Source of the DNA: Macrostomum lignano
Lineage: Eukaryota
Assembly: GCA_002269645.1 (NCBI GenBank)
Contig: NIVC01001975.1
Location: 1 to 64,000, forward strand
Direction: 5' to 3'
Length of the DNA stretch: 64,000 nucleotides
Part shown: positions 24,859 through 37,137 of the stretch, one piece after another
Layout of the letters: each line of letters starts with the position of its first letter
Position numbering within the stretch: position 1 is the first letter of the stretch
The notes under the pieces: generated by a model
Told to the model about the DNA's origin: nothing
Database searches by the model: none
What the model saw: the letters and a program-made list of their open reading frames with translations, nothing else
Program-made: the position numbers and the translations under genes

Positions 24859-26402
24859 CCATAGACAATTCGTTAACGCCAACAATTCGTCATTTTAATT
24901 CAGACAGTTCTCTCTTTCGGATTAAACGAGCAGTTCTTGAACCCGCATTCAGAAAATTGAAATCTAGATGGCCCTGGCTTGGACGTAGCCACAAACAAAT
25001 GACTGGTAACTTGAGCTCGTGAACAATGCTCTTCCAATAGACTGATTTGGTAGATCATCTTAGCTGGTGGATCCATTTCAATGATGTTGCTAGAAGGTTC
25101 ATGGACTGACTGACAATTCTCTACACGGCTGGACTCGGACTGAATCGGCTGAACACAGTTCAACGCACTCTGCACAGCTATTGACGCACGGTATAGACTG
25201 GAATCCCTTTGCAACCTTAGATAGCCACACTCTTCTCGCACTTGTGTCCGAAGCTTCTGGCGAGGCCGGAGCCGTAGGAGCCGAAGCGACATGTATATCC
25301 TCCGTACTTGGAGTCGTCAGATCCTGGAGAAGTTAATGGTTTCGTCGATACTATGGCCCATCGAATCCAGGTTGCAAATGCCAGTAACCCTAGGCGAAAG
25401 AATTTGATGCACACGTAAATGAATATGAAAAAATTATATAAACTTTATCTTTAATTATAAAGCATGAACGGTGGTCATGGACCTACCTAATACAGCTTGT
25501 TTGTGTATTAGGCAACCCAGCCTTCGTGCTCAAGTTTTCATGAAGTTGTTCCAGTAGTTCTTGCCTCGATTTACCATTATTGAAAAGATCCTTGCCTTCT
25601 CCCTTCAGTGGCTTCGGGAATAGGAGCATCCTTGGTGGTAGCTGGTAAGCGTTCTAGGTAGCGCTTCAAGATAGCGGTGTCATACATGCGTACTTGCTTG
25701 GCATCATTAGTAGCACCTCGCTTGAGTTCCGATTGAAGGAAGTTCATTGAGGTGCTCTTGTCCCCGCTCACCAAAGACGTATAGGATTGTAAACAAAACT
25801 TAAGTATATCTGCTTCTTGGAATGCCTCGAACTGGGAGCTTCCCAACTCTTCTCCACCCACCAAGCTCACCGAACGCTTCTTGACCAGCTGAAGGATGCC
25901 TTCCCGAAGGCACACTAGACTTGCAGGTACATAAAGATCTCCTCTTTACTTCTTCAAACCGAAATCGGAATACCGTAGGCATTCGTTGAGTTTCCACGGC
26001 TCCATCATGGCACAGTCTTCAAGGTGTGTTCCTTCAAGAATTTCTCGAGAGCTTTCCCATGACGTCGCATTTGCTCCTGCGTGGTTCGCTGCAGTGATTC
26101 AATTTCAGCCGCGTCCAGCTTCCCTGTGACATCCTCGGTAGGTAGCTCTGGTGTGTCACAGAAATCCACCGCGTTCTTAAGTCAATGGATGAATTCCTCC
26201 AACTCGGCATCAGTCTGGTGTCCTTCCTATTTGTCACCACGTTTAAAGAATCAACGGGTAGATTACCCAATTAATGAGATCCATGCGCTAGTTTAGTAGC
26301 AAGCAAGAGCTATTCTATTTCTCGACTCAAGTTTTCCGCTGTATTAGCTCGTATTTGAGCCTTTTCATTTAAAGCATTTCTTCATCGCTTGTGTTTCTAT
26401 GG
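24859..26402 (-). mobile_element. Crypton-like (tyrosine recombinase / DUF3504-related) transposon relic
   Basis: Stitched frames read RTTQEQMRRHGKALEKFLKEH; KLNECLRYSDFGLKK*RGDLYVPASLVCLREGI; KQVRMYDTAILKRYLERLP; GKNYWNNFMKT..KAGL; DHRS; C-terminal FQFSECGFKNCSFN. These are collinear with remembered Crypton/DUF3504 motifs. It is bounded by inverted CCATAGA...TCTATGG. Confidence 0.6.
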
Positions 26403-26893
26403 TTCAACCCACCCCATTTATTCTGCCAAAATTATGGCCCTTAGGCAAGCCTTCTACTGTAGGCTTCTCCTCTTTCCCAAACAGAGCTCTTGCCTCTTCG
26501 CTTGTTTTTTACATGGTTTAATCCATCCTTTTTCTCTGCTGAACTAATTGCCACGTAATAATCTCGGATTGAAACAATGTCCAATGTGTGCCACATATAC
26601 GAGTACAATGAAAATCTGATTTGTGTTTCGATTAGAATCACATGAAAATATAACAACTCTAGTTAGTTATGTAATGAGAGATAATAAAAACTTATTTAAC
26701 CAGCGGGCACTGCAGCTGTGGCTATTGTTATATTTGCAGCCGAATCCAGGTAAACAGAGGGGCAAAAAGGGGCTCACTGTATTCTGTCTCGTTGAGCAGA
26801 CTGTATACTTAAGCAGACCAGGCTCTCCAAACAGCAGCTGAAATTCGACTCATAGTCCTAATAATCCTCGGGCTCCTAGCCGGTGAAGTGCAT

Positions 26894-27325
26894 CTACCAA
26901 GGTGACACGCAGGATGGCTCGCTCATAACCCGGTACGCAGAGTTGCTGGACCACGGCTGGTAGAGAACCTTGAAGTTGCAGCGGAACTCGGAGGCGCCTG
27001 GCAAGTTCACTGGGGAGCACTTGGCCAAGTTCTCCAGGTTCTGCTCCTTGTGGTTATCGCACTCGGTGGCGCGCAAAACGACGCTGAATTCGTAGAAGAC
27101 GCCGGCAACCACCTGTTTGGTGCCGCTCATGAAGTTGAGCACTGCGTAGAATCTGGAGTGGCTGCTCAGCCGGTTCATCTCCAGCGTAGCCATGTCCAAG
27201 GCGCCGCGGAACTCAGGCGATTTAACGTCTGCCTCTGTCAGAGGGCTCTTGCCGCCGATCAGGGAGCCAATGGCGACGCCGGCCAGAGAGAAGGCAACTA
27301 CAGACAGCAGAATTACGCACTTCAT
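26894..27325 (-). CDS. Secreted type-2 cystatin, intronless, 143 aa
   Basis: Signal peptide, N-terminal GG, QVVAG, PW, and 4 Cys in type-2 positions. Confidence 0.95.
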   Translation of the reverse strand: MKCVILLSVVAFSLAGVAIGSLIGGKSPLTEADVKSPEFRGALDMATLEMNRLSSHSRFYAVLNFMSGTKQVVAGVFYEFSVVLRATECDNHKEQNLENLAKCSPVNLPGASEFRCNFKVLYQPWSSNSAYRVMSEPSCVSPW

Positions 27326-28225
27326 GTTTCAGCTACTGAGTTCTGTTGGAGCAAAAAAGGCTGTTGCAATGGTCGTAACAAGTTCAACTAGGACAAGAAA
27401 TAGCAAGTTCGTCGGGATCCTACCTGAGAAATGAATTATTCATAAAGCTTCAGTTCAGAGACAGGCTTTGTCACCAACTTTTTCTAGTGCGATTCCCTCT
27501 ATATAAATGAACAGTCCTTGGTGCAGTCCAGTTGGTTCCAGATGTTTTAGATAACAGACATTTGCATGACAGCTCTGTTGTACGAGCGTATGGAAGGAGG
27601 GGCTTTTGGTTGGCACAATTGTACTCGTAAGATAAAGAGCCCTTTTGTCACGACAATGCGCCACGATGCATGCAGTTAGTCAGTGGGGTTTGGGCATTCG
27701 CGCGGGCCGTGTCGTCAGCTGTAGCCCTTTTGTGTGGCCACGAATAGCGTGCTGCAGTGCACGCAGATCAGACAGATAATGACTCGTACAAAATTTCCGT
27801 GAGTACACTTTAACCTATACTTGATTTGCCGTTTGCCATTTGGCAGAAAAAAACAGACAGCTGAAAGTCTCGGAATTTTTTATCGATTATTTTCCGTGTC
27901 TGTTTTGATCAAAGCAGCAGGGGTTTAAATATTGATTTAGGTTATTATCTGTACATTAGATCGACCAGGGTCTTGTGACGCCGCTTGCACTACCGCGTGG
28001 AATCGGATCAAATGCTAATCCTCTTGAGCTGAACTTGTAACTTCTAGAGGAAGTTCAGTTAATCCTATCAACGTTTGATTCAACTGCAGTCTGTTTCAAC
28101 ACCCATCATTCCATTTAGACAACTCGTGTTTGGCCATTATTTCACCATTTTATATACGACCCAGCACTCCAAACGTGGTCATTATCTCAGGGTGGCACAA
28201 GCAGTCAATTTCTTCTGGGGTACGG

Positions 28226-28418
28226 CCATAGAAATATTAGGAATCGGTAACTTGCAACAAACGAAACGAAAATCAACAGGGAAAGTCGAAATATGCGTTC
28301 GAAATAGTCGAAAAACGCAGTGGAAATTATTTATATGTAAACCCTTGGCGGGCTCTAACTTCGGCTTTATTCGATTTTAGAGACAGTAACGAGAACAGCT
28401 TAATAATATTGTCTATGG
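28226..28418. mobile_element. MITE-like element of about 190 bp with CCATAGA termini
   Basis: GGCCATAGA-AATATTA at 28224 versus TAATATTGTCTATGGCC at 28404-28420: a 16/17 inverted match. Confidence 0.55.
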
Positions 28419-28499
28419 CCAAACGGGGCTCGCTGCTAGGTGATTAATGCTTCTCGCTGCTACACAATCATTCGAACCTTAATAAATTTCAAGTTTTTG

Positions 28500-30240
28500 T
28501 GCAATCTGTATCAATGCACACCGTCGTGCGATCGGCCGCACCAAGTCTTGCCTGCTAGCTGATTTTTGGCAACCTTCACATGCCCGTCATTGCCTGGGTA
28601 CACGTCTAGCACCCGTGTCAGAGGTGTTCGACCTCGCGGACTGTCTGGAGCCACGTGCAGCACTATGTCGCCCACCTGCAGATCGAAATGCTCGCCCAGC
28701 CGTGGCAGCCACTTGCGGAGCTAGCTGTGCCAGAAGTTTCTCACCAGCCGTTGAACATATCGTCATCTCTTGGTCGGACTAAATGCGTCGTTTCTGCCAA
28801 TGCACCGAAAACTGATACAGACAACGCCGGACTCTAACTTAGTTCAAGCTGTGGAAATTCTCGCATCACACATAAATTCTTTTTTCCAGCTCCGGATCTG
28901 GCGTCTCATCCTAATCTTGACCGCTGCACCACAACTGTAGAAGCATGTTTGCAAGTACTGTGAAGGGCGAAACAAAACCCAGAGGGTCGAATACTGACGC
29001 GCGAGTTTTTTAAAAGACCTCGTTTTGCCGCCTGCCGGAAAGTGAAAGTAAATTCGTCATTCTCACTCTTCCAGATTACTCCCAGTGTTTTTATGATAGC
29101 GACGTCCCATCCAGACTTACTTCTCCGGCTTGATCTTCCAATGGTACTTGATTTAGTAGTTTTTTTGGAGTTTGACACCCATTTCCTTGCTGCACAGGCA
29201 ATTCATCCTTCAGTCGATAGGTGTGCTCACGAACAACAAACTGGGCTATGAAGGCGAGCTGTTGATTCCAAAGACACGTTAGGTCTATGACACATCACAT
29301 GTGACGGTGACTGATTACTTTCGGAAGCGGAGCACATCCACCAAGTCTCGAAGTAATTCTGGACCTGGAAGGATGAGACTATTAAGCGAGCAAAAGCGTC
29401 AAAAACGATTTGAAGATTCGTTGTAGCTTTTGTCAAACCGAATCACCGGAAAGTGTGACAAGAAGGACCTTTTTACTGCCGGATCCTCAGCACTAATCCG
29501 TCTGATATGTAGCCCTGCTGCTCATAGCTCGTAGCGCTCGATGCAAGCCTGGTACTGCACAGATACCTTGGTGTCCTTTAGTTTTTGTGTTCTGAAGCCG
29601 ATTCACAGCCATCTCGAAACTGCCGAACTGCGAGCAACGTCCTGGTCTCCAGGGGAAGTCGATTTTGTAGCGACCGTTGTTCATCGAAAATGTCGACTTC
29701 GCCTGCTGCACGGCGCACTGCTCGTCCACGGTAAGACTTCTGTGTAGCAATGAAGAAAATTCCTCTGAGCCAGCTGCAGGACATAGGAACGTGCTGTCAA
29801 GCTGCGTTAATGACAAAGATGGTTTTGATTGACCAGTGCAAGTCCATAGTGGCGTGAGGCGTTCTTGTGGCTCTCCGAATTACACAGAATTTCGAAGTTC
29901 AGCATGATCCACACCGATCAGCAGCTCAATGACTGGCGGATGAGTAAGCTTCGGGAATGGAATGTCTTCGAGATGCTTCCATGGTGCAGCAAAAGTGCTC
30001 CAGTCTGTAGCTTTCAGCTTTCCAGTGACAATCAGTGTATGCAGTGATATGCGTCTTCCATTTTCCGTCGGCGCTCTCCAATTTCATTATCACTGGTGAA
30101 GTCATGAATGTCCCGGTCTGAACATTCAGCACGTTCAAGTTGACCTTGCTCCTCCTTCCCTTCAAGTCCCAGTGCTGCCGAAATCTCTGTATTGATGTAG
30201 GTCCTCACCCAAAGTGCATCACCCATGCACTCACGGAACA
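28500..30240 (-). mobile_element. Heavily deleted BEL/Pao retrotransposon relic
   Basis: In order on the minus strand: protease region (VRTYINTEISAALGL), GRYKIDFPWRP, TTNLQIVFDA (RT), KTLGVIWKSENDEFTF, and the integrase C-terminal LQVGDIVL...[15 protein letters not shown]. Confidence 0.85.
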
Positions 30241-32364
30241 TTTAGCGTATTTAGAATTTACATGCACATAAATGAGCCATTTTTATTTATCGGTTTTCCA
30301 TGCGTCACTTGACATAGTTAGAGAACAATTTATTTACCTATGGTAGTCGGGTTTTAAGTCCATGGCTAGCAAATCCTAAACTTCAAAGCTAAGCTACGCA
30401 AATCCTAAGCTTCAAATTCAATTGGTCTCAGCTGTGTTGATCGAAACAAGTAAACTTTTTTGCTTCTGACGGATGCATACAGTAAGTGTTAGCAGTGTTC
30501 GTTTGTGTAAATGTTTGCTAGGAGTCTTTAGCTCAACACTATGCCTGAAGAGTCAATCTTTTTTGTTTGCTTCTTCCTTCTTCCTTAGTATTCCTCGCTA
30601 CTCCATAAGAGAATGGTGGATTCAACAGGTAAAAATCCTAAAAATAGCAGTTTGCAGAAATCTGTATGCTCTATGCCTGCATTTGTTTTAGTCAGTAACT
30701 GTTTGTTGCCGTTCGACTGTGTCGGCTTGCTTATTGCACTGTTCGATTTTAGACTCGAACGCAAAGCGATTCTGTGAGCTTGACTTAGTAAAGCATCTCT
30801 CTTTTAATACAATTAACACAATCGCGCGACTGCTGTACGGCTTAGATTTGAGTTATCTTCAAAAAATGAAAATAAAGTGCTCAACGCCAATTTCCCCAAA
30901 AGCTAGTAAATAGCTATGCTATTGTTTCAAGCATTCGAAATAGATGCATTTGAAAGACTACACTAGCTAGTTTCCGCTTGAAAGCAACTGATTGAATTGC
31001 TTAAAAGCAGCGGCCGATCTGAGGACGGGTTTTGATAGGCAACAATATTCCTTCTCAACAATAATCCATAGGTCTTCCATGACCCCAAGTATCTCTTGCT
31101 CTAGCTGTCTTGGACTCAAATTCAGCACAGTTTAATGATATGTCATTTTAAACTATTATAATCCAGATCACACAGCCAATTGAATATTTGTTTTAACCAA
31201 TTTGTCCCGGACTATCTATAGACTATCCAATTAATTTCATTTTGTTAATCTGCCGCAGTTCGCCAATAGGAGTTGACGCAAAATTTTTTTGGCGGCAATT
31301 AGCGGATTTCACCTATAAATAGCTTGGCATTAGTTGCTATCCTTGATCCGGTATGACTTCTCCGGTTTTCTCGACTAACGCCCGCCTCCCACCCCCCCCC
31401 AAAAAAAATGTCAAGCTGCATCAAAAGGCGCTGGTATCCAAAAGTATAGTTTAGGAGCCTGGAAGCAAATATTTGCTTGGGACGAAGCCCCATTAAACTC
31501 TTCCGGGCCTGCCTGCATGCAGACTTTCTCCTTTGGTAAATTTCCTGACGGGGCAATGAGAGCAATGAGAGACTAAAAAAGAAAATTGAATTGCTCCAAC
31601 AGTTCCGGGAAGAAAGTTAAACTACCTCTAAAAGAGAAATTACGCACCTTTTGTTCATTTTTTGTTTCTAGCTGCATGTAAATTCGAGTAGACAGACGGA
31701 GTCGGAGGAGGGAACTGCATGGCAACCAGCAATGCAATTGCAATTGAGAAGTGGGCCTTTAAACTTGAACAATTCTATAGATTCTCACCCATCTACCTGC
31801 GTTAAAAGCGCTTACCGAGCAGTCTTCCAGGGTGAAGCATCCTGTGCACTCAGCAGATTGAGTAGAAGAGGATTCTAAATTCGCAAATGCTCTCGAAACT
31901 ATAGGGAAGAATGCATTGCAGCCTGTCAATCAGAGATGGTTATAGAGTCAGAACAATGCTAAAATTTTCAACTAGGAATCCCAGGTTTTCTATGATCTAT
32001 TATACCTTTTCTGAATTGATGATTTCTCCCAAGCAATGCAGATTGTCTTCACCAGCCTGCACGTTATTAACGTGCATTCACAGGTAGAACGTGTACCCTA
32101 CTTGAAGGCAGAATAGTGAATTGGCCAAATTTCTTCATTAAGAAAAGGTCCAAAAGAAGTCAAAATTTTGCTGCGATTCAAACCGCAAAGATGATCGTTT
32201 TATTTGTCATAACAGGGCTGCGTAATTAAGAATTTTGGTTTGTTTTGCAAAATAGCGAAAACATTCCGCCAAGTTTTGGTGTCGTTCTTTCGTTCAGTTT
32301 AGTCGCAAATTAGGGGGTGAGACTTGCTTGGTTCTTGCGAATTCGAAATTCTCTTAAGGTCGCT

Positions 32365-34471
32365 TCATTGCCTGTGCAGCATCCACTCCCTGCTCCGCTT
32401 CAGCCCCATCAGGGCGTCGAACAGATGCTTGGAGTCGCCTCGCTTGATCTCCATCACCCCGCCGCCTGTGACGTAACGGACTGGCCAGCCGCGCTTGCTG
32501 GTGGGTGAGCGGGTTCACGAGTGAGGTTGTGAGCGGGTTCACGAGTGAGCTTGTGAGCGGGTTCACGAGTGAGGTTGTGAGCGGGTTCACGAGTGAGGTT
32601 GTGAGCGGGTTAACGAGTGAGGTTGTGAGCGGGTTCACGAGTGAGGTTGTGAGCGGGTTCACGAGTGAGGTTGTGAGCGGGTTCACGAGTGAGGTTGTGA
32701 GCGGGTTCACGAGTGAGGTTGTGAGCGGGTTCACGAGTGAGGTTGTGAGCGGGTTCACGAGTGAGGTTGTGAGCGGGTTCACGAACTGGGAGCAGAGTCG
32801 GCAGAGTAATGATGGGGCAGAGTGATGATGGGGTAGAGTGATGATGGGGCAGAGTGATGAAGGGGCAGAGTGATGAAGGGGCAGAGTAATGATGAGGCAG
32901 AGTAATGATGAGGCAGAGTGATGATGGGGTAGAGTAATGATGGGGTAGAGTAATGATGGGGCAGAGTGATGATGGGGCAGAGTGATGAAGGGGCAGAGTG
33001 ATGAAGGGGCAGAGTGATGAAGGGGCAGAGTGATGAAGGGGCAGAGTGATGAAGGGGCAGAGTGATGATGGGGCAGAGTGATTAAGGGGCAGAGTGATGA
33101 AGGGGCAGAGTGATGAAGGGGCAGAGTGATGATGGGGCAGAGTGATGAAGGGGCAGAGTGATGAAGGGGCAGAGTGATGAAGGGGCAGAGTGATGAAGGG
33201 GCAGAGTGATGATGGGGCAGAGTGATGAAGGGGCAGAGTGATGAAGGGGCAGAGTGATGAAGGGGCAGAGTGATGATGGGGCAGAGTGATGAAGGGGTAG
33301 AGTGATGAAGGGGCAGAGTGATGAAGGGGCAGAGTGATGATGGGGCAGAGTGATGATGGGGCAGAGGGATGATGAGGCAGAGTGATGATGAGACAAATAT
33401 TTAGGAAAAACTAAGATAAGACAGTTGCAAATCTGAATGCAAGGCTTTCTCCAAACACTGAAAAGTACAAAAGAAAATAGGCAGACAGAATGGCAGCGAA
33501 GCACCATTGCAGAGTGTCATGCGGAAGTCGCCCCCATAATTATATGATAACTCCTAAAAGCGGATTATGATATTTCGATGTCGCATTAAAATGTGCTATT
33601 TTTCAGCCTCCAAAGTTGCTGGCCCACAATTAGACGGAGTGTGCAGCCTCCAAGTCACAGAGAGGCTAATGGATCACACCAGATTCCCGTGGGAAATCAT
33701 AACCCGGAGCTTACTGACTCGCTTTGTGTATGGGGGGTGCTCTCTGCTCGGAGTAGCGGGTGATGTTACAAGAGGTGGAGAGAGAGTTCAACCTGTTTAG
33801 ACTGAGGCTTGCGACTCTAAACTTGTTTTGGTGGCTCACTAGATGTCTATATTTTATCTCGTTATTAAGGTGAAATTTTACGCGAGCATGCTGCTTATGC
33901 TCGGAGCTAATTGCGTGCTGAAGATATTACCTGAGCAAAGAACTCGACTCGAGCCTGTTTACTAGGATTCGTTCCTATACCTGCGAGTAATTCCCGAAAG
34001 TCAGGTTCTGTGTTGTAGAAATTTCTTATATTCAGAGTCCTCCATTAATGAAATATCCCATGTTCAAAAGACTCCCATTCTTGAAATATCCCATATTCAT
34101 AAGTCTCCCATTCTTGAGATATCCCATATTCATAAGCGTCCCATTCTTGAGATATCCCATATTCAAAGTTTCCCACTCGTGAAAAATACCTCATTTAAAA
34201 AAGTGCTTCTTCTAATGGAATCACCCCTATTTCCAGAGCAGTTCCACCATATAAAACCCCGAGTCCCACTTCTCCCCAACTGTTGCAGGACAGCTTTTAA
34301 TCGACAAAAGCAGCAGAATTGTCGGCTGCACGAGGGGGCATGGAGATTAAGTTGAGCTGACAATTCAAATTAGTTGCTAGGATAAATAATTCAGAGCCTG
34401 TACTCACTAGAGCGCGTCGTGCTCCTCGATGTCGTCGAAGTCCCGTGGCGGGGCAGCGGAGCCAAGGCCAA
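32365..34471 (-). CDS. Partial spliced gene, neuropeptide-precursor-like; exons 34408-34471, 33715-33801, 32365-32497; first exon unresolved
   Basis: Three GT-AG exons join in phase and give ..GLGSAAPPRDFDDIEEHDALYLNRLNSLSTSCNITRYSEQRAPPIHKASH-KR-GWPVRYVTGGGVMEI-KR-GDSKHLFDALMGL-KR-SREWMLHRQ*. The first and last exons are GC3-rich. Confidence 0.55.
32503..32785. repeat. 24-bp minisatellite, about 11 copies, intronic
   Basis: GTGAGCGGGTTCACGAGTGAGGTT units. Confidence 0.97.
32790..33390. repeat. 16-bp minisatellite, about 37 copies, intronic
   Basis: GGGGCAGAGTGATGA(A/T) units. Confidence 0.97.
34045..34165. repeat. About 32-bp tandem repeat, about 4 copies
   Basis: CTCCCATTCTTGAGATATCCCATATTCATAAG variants. 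Confidence 0.8.
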
Positions 34472-35086
34472 CTGAAATTGAATTTGAGCAGCGCTTTCAG
34501 CCGCCAGTCCCGTTGGAACTCAAAAGCACAGGAAAGAAATACTTTGAGAGCGTGACTTTTTTCTTGTGAATTCAATTCATTCAGGTATGGCGATGCCGCG
34601 ACCCCGCCCTCTCTTGCTTCTCATCTTGCATTCTGACACCTCATCCTGAATGCATGCATTGCAGCAAATTCCCCGAGAATTATTCAATTATTCATGGATC
34701 AAAAAATCGATGCTCCCGCGAAGGAGAGGAAGAGAAAAGGGGGGGGGCGGCGGCAGAAATTATTACCGCCTCCTGAAGCGCGCGTCTCCAATTCGCACCT
34801 AATCGCCTGCGTGTTCCGCATTTCCCTCGGCCATTATACCGGCTGCTGATGCCGCTACTAAAAGCAGAATTCCATTGAATCGGCACCCCGAGTGCTTGAT
34901 CCTACTCTGGGAGAAATTGGCTTTTATTCTATAGATTGAAATTGCTGGGGACACTTCAAATGCGAGCGGCTTGGCCTCTGCTGTTGGGCAGAAATTATGC
35001 ACAGCATCTGACACATGTTTGGTTTTTCCTGACACACTTGCTGCTGACCCCAGCTGTCTATTCTGACGGCTGTCCGGGCACCAGGC

Positions 35087-35285
35087 TCCTGACTGCTGAC
35101 TGCTGACTGCTGACTGCTGACTGCTGACTGCTGACTGCTGACTGCTGACTCCTGACTGCTGACTCCTGACTGCTGACTGCTGACTCCTGACTGCTAACTG
35201 CTGACTGCTGACTGCTGACTCCTGACTCCTGACTCTTGACTCCTGACTGCTGACTGCTGACTGCTGACTCTTGACTCCTGATTCC
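35087..35285. repeat. 7-bp microsatellite (CTGACTG/CTGACTC)n
   Basis: Direct reading. Confidence 0.95.
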
Positions 35286-35375
35286 TGCTCAAGGACACAA
35301 ATTGTTCCGATCAGATTGAGAGTCGAACCCCCGACCTTTCAGTCCGACGCACTAACCACTGGTCTACAACCCCCC
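35285..35375 (-). mobile_element. Truncated tRNA-derived SINE head
   Basis: Reverse complement reads GTTGTAGACCAGTGG (A box)...GGGTTCGACTCT (B box)...GGAACAATTTGTGTCCTTGAGC, the same family as 13303. Confidence 0.72.
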
Positions 35376-36779
35376 CCCCAGGCTACAAGCCTCTTAGAAC
35401 CTTGGTACTATATATTAATTAATTGCAAGAACACTCTGTAAGCTAAGATAAAACCTCTATCTGATCGACTCAAGCATCAGAGCAGCAGATGAGCAGGCAG
35501 TCAGTCTCTCGAAGCCGAGATAAAATTGGCACTTAAGATGAATTGAGAGACACGATAAAATCAAACCATAGCTGCAACTCGACTGATGTTGGGACGGGGG
35601 GAAATCGGAAAGCGAGGACCGCAGGCAGTCTCATTACCGCGCCTCCAATAATTCTCTTCAATGCATTTAATCCCCTCCTGTTTAGCGATTGCTGTGTGTC
35701 TCAGAGAATGAGAACGAGACGGAAACGGATACAGTGTCGCCGCGGACCCGCCTCCTTCGTGAAGCCGCTCCGCCCACGTCTCGCAGATCGTTTTCTGCAT
35801 GGCTGTCCACCCAGCCACCCACCGACCGAGAATCCGAGATCATAAAAAAACGGGTAATCGACTTGCTTCCATTTCTGTCAATGCCTGATCATGGACTCCG
35901 GAACTGTACTCATCGATCGGCTCCTAATTCTGCCTTTCCTAGATTTGTTTATTTAAGTCCCTTCGGCTGGCCGAGTGTAAAAAACACACCATGTAGAAAG
36001 ACTTGTTTTGGCTTGTTTTGAATTTAAATCTTATATACTCTTTCTTTTAATCATAGTTTCTAATCCTAATCTTATTTAATCTTATTTAAGTTAATTTTTA
36101 AAATAATTATTAGTTAGCTCTAAGTTAATTCCTAATTTTGCTAATTTCATTAATCCTAATTAAATTTTTTAGTCAATTTCTTAGTTAATTTTTGGTTAAT
36201 ACTTCACTGATTTTTATTTAATTTCTTACTTAATTAATTTTTATAGTTACTATTTGTTCATAATTTTTTATATCTTTATATTAAAATAATAATAATTTAA
36301 TTTAATAATTAGCACTACTAAGTTCCCTTACCGAGAGGGTGCTGATTTTCATATGTTATAATATTTCCCTGTACATAAAGAAAGAAGGGCAGAAGGAAAC
36401 AAAAGAAAAATGCTAATCGATAAAAAAATTTTTGACGTCACAAACGTTGAAATAAGTATCGCACACAAACAGAATATTCAAACAATTTTCCGGTATTACA
36501 TGAAGCGAGAAAATTTAGAATTTCCATTTTGTCTCTTTTCTCGTGAGTCATTACGTAAAATTCTTTGCCCTCTGCAGTAGGGTTTATAAAAAATCGAACC
36601 TTTATTCGAGATTTACTGCTAAGACAATTATCACAGGGAGCACTATTAAATTAATTTCCACTATTAAATTAATTTCCAAGAACACTTAAACAGGAAGTGA
36701 ACTTCACTTTCTACTCCCAATGGCACTTTGGGCTGGTGCTGTTCTCGTAAGGGATCTTTGGTTGTAGGCAAGTTGAATA

Positions 36780-37137
36780 GATCTGATATCTAATCGGGTC
36801 AGATCTGATATCTAATCGGGTCAGGTCTGATATCTAATCGGGTCCGATCTGATATCTAATCGGGTCAGGTCTGATATCTAATCGGGTCAGGTCAGATAAC
36901 TAATCGGGTCAGATCTGATATCCTAATCAGGTCAGATCTGATATATAATCGGGTTAGGTCTGATATCTAATCGGGTCAGGTCTGATATCTAATCGGGTCA
37001 GATCTGATATCTAATCGGGTCAGGTCTGATATCTAATCGGGTCAGATCTGATATCTAATCGGGTTAGATCTGATATCTAATCGGGTCAGATCTGATATCT
37101 AATCGGGTTAGATCTGATATCTAATCGGGTCAGATCT
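36780..37137. repeat. 22-bp minisatellite, about 16 copies
   Basis: AGATCTGATATCTAATCGGGTC units. Confidence 0.96.

Noticed and set aside
33931-33980. Extra 50-nt AG...GT exon candidate in the precursor-like gene
   Set aside because: It cannot be placed in phase with the neighbouring exons without creating a stop.
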